A DNA stretch of 61,866 nucleotides, the filler included, from Catajapyx aquilonaris (taxonomy: Eukaryota): assembly GCA_000934665.2 (NCBI GenBank). It is 4 parts of 4 records of this genome, joined end to end, with 100 filler letters (N's around TTAATTAATTAA, not from the genome) between each part and the next. Parts side by side here need not be neighbours in the genome. Positions count along the whole stretch, not along the records: positions 46,697 to 61,866 come from JYFJ02007575.1; 3 more parts are not named here. One strand, 5' to 3'. Every line of letters starts with the position of its first letter. The stretch's first letter is position 1. Position numbers and translations under genes: made by a program. Under the pieces are notes generated by a model. That model had not been told where the DNA came from. It ran no database searches and saw nothing but the letters and a program-made list of their open reading frames with translations. This document shows positions 60,506 through 61,866 of the stretch, one piece after another.

Positions 60506-61866
60506 AGTAGTTGTCCACGGCGGCTTACGGAGCCTCATGGAAAAATTCCGCAGTGTCGCCACCGTCTATGCGAGTTTAACATGGGAAAGCGCCACTGCGG
60601 CCATTTGTGTAACTAGTAAATATGCGTGGGAAGAGTCTCCAGCCAATCAGGAGGCTCGCCGAGAAGCTACGCTTTGAAAAGCAGTGGCGGCCCCCGCGGC
60701 AGTGGAAGCACCGTCGCTCTCGGTGGCGAAATGAAAAATCCCCTGCAGCGCCGAGCCGGGCTGGAACCCACGGCCTCCCGATTCGGAGGCGGGCATCAAA
60801 GGATCACGACCAAAACCCAAAGGCTTGTAAGAGAGGTGCTGGGAGGCGCCCTATATGCAGCCCGCGCACGCCGCACGCTTACACGGCACGGCCCCCCTGT
60901 CCCCTGTGACGCGTTGACTCTCACACTCACACACGATGATGCAGCCAACACGTGGGCCACCCCGGAAAGTCCCAAAAATATGGTTCGCAGTAGCGGCGGG
61001 GGGATTCAAAAAGGATACTTGCCGCGGATTATGTAAGTTGGAGGAATTTTTAAAAAAACAACTAAAGATGGCCCACCCACGGCCTCCAGAGAGGCCCCAG
61101 GTGAAATTTGGGAATGCCTAAATTCCGAACCCGTGACGTGGCACAATATGGCCCGCCCAGATTTTCTGTGGGCCCATGGGAAAGTCCCCAAAAATATATT
61201 TGGGGAGCGGCGGGAGATTCAAAAAAAAGGTTGCCGCGGTTCAGGGGGAAAAATACCTAAGATGGCCCCGCCTTATCGCCTATATAATTATTATACCTGC
61301 CGCGCGGATTATATAAGTTGGGGAATTGGCCCTCCCACGGCCCCCAGGCCCCACACCCCAGAAAAATATTGCGCACTCTCGAAATTCCGATCAAGCGTGT
61401 GCAATGCATAACAGAAATAATTATTCGCGCCAGCAGCAGCAGCAGCTGGGACCAGCTGACAAGCAAGCAAGCAAGCAAGCAAGCACACGTGCTCGGCTAT
61501 AGGGAGCACGTGTATCATACCAGATGGGGGGGTGCGTTCCTGCCACCACCCAGAGCCGAAGGACGAGGTTAAGCGCTACTTTGGTTGGGGGGAGCAGCAG
61601 CAGCGTTACTCGCCAGGAATTGGAACGCACCCGGAATGCCAGAGGGGCGGGTCGTTAGGATTGGGGGAAAAAAAAATTACAACAACAAGAATGCCGGCAG
61701 ATTCAAATCTTTATTTCCTTGCCCATACATTCTCCGTACCTTCCCGCGGTCTTTGTCTTGTCGATGGTGAGGAACGCATAGGGTTTCGTCTCCCAACAAC
61801 GCATGCACATCTGCTTAAAGTCCTGAAAGCTGTCAAAGTCGCAGGAGCAGTGGTCCCGAAAGATCA
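60506..61866. mobile_element. Polinton/Maverick terminus (continues beyond the window)
   Basis: Begins AGTAGT within a few bases of where homology with the lipase 3' paralogue ends; about 900 bp of GC-rich subrepeats follow, then an ATPase-like ORF end. Confidence 0.7.
61703..61866 (-). CDS. C-terminus of a Polinton/adintovirus A32-like packaging ATPase (partial)
   Basis: IFRDHCSCDFDSFQDFKQMCMRCWETKPYAFLTIDKTKTAGRYGECMGKEIKI* resembles the recalled Maverick ATPase tail (I..DH...D..F..F..C..CW..Y.FL.IDK...GRY). It is not in the ORF track because it has no start inside the window. Confidence 0.75.
   Translation of the reverse strand, partial: IFRDHCSCDFDSFQDFKQMCMRCWETKPYAFLTIDKTKTAGRYGECMGKEIKI

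Noticed and set aside
60622..61630. Short GC-rich ORFs as genes
   Set aside because: They overlap in several frames within repetitive terminal sequence and (GCA)n/(GCAA)n runs; no protein motifs.

Overview
Eukaryotic (invertebrate-metazoan-like) genomic DNA, not prokaryotic. Three identical 100-nt linkers (44 N + TTAATTAATTAA + 44 N at 15181-15280, 31326-31425, 46597-46696) show the window is four concatenated contigs of about 15-16 kb, so adjacency across linkers cannot be trusted. Contig 1 (1-15180): transposon debris, including a decayed Helitron-type Rep/PIF1 helicase, a PIF1 remnant joined to a ubiquitin-specific-protease-like remnant, and a 5'-truncated LINE with a target-site duplication. 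Contig 2 (15281-31325): seven internal exons of an adenylate kinase 9-like gene (minus strand) amid SINEs, MITEs and a nested Tigger. Contig 3 (31426-46596): a Tc1 transposase start, about 13 kb of transposon-poor non-coding DNA, and a small two-exon single-pass membrane protein gene. Contig 4 (46697-end): a tandem cluster of secreted pancreatic-lipase-family genes with a short lid (one near-intact 9-exon copy, one deleted pseudogene, one 3' part, and extra signal-peptide first exons), followed by the probable terminus and packaging-ATPase end of a Polinton/Maverick. All calls come from manual motif reading and translation; no database search was run.
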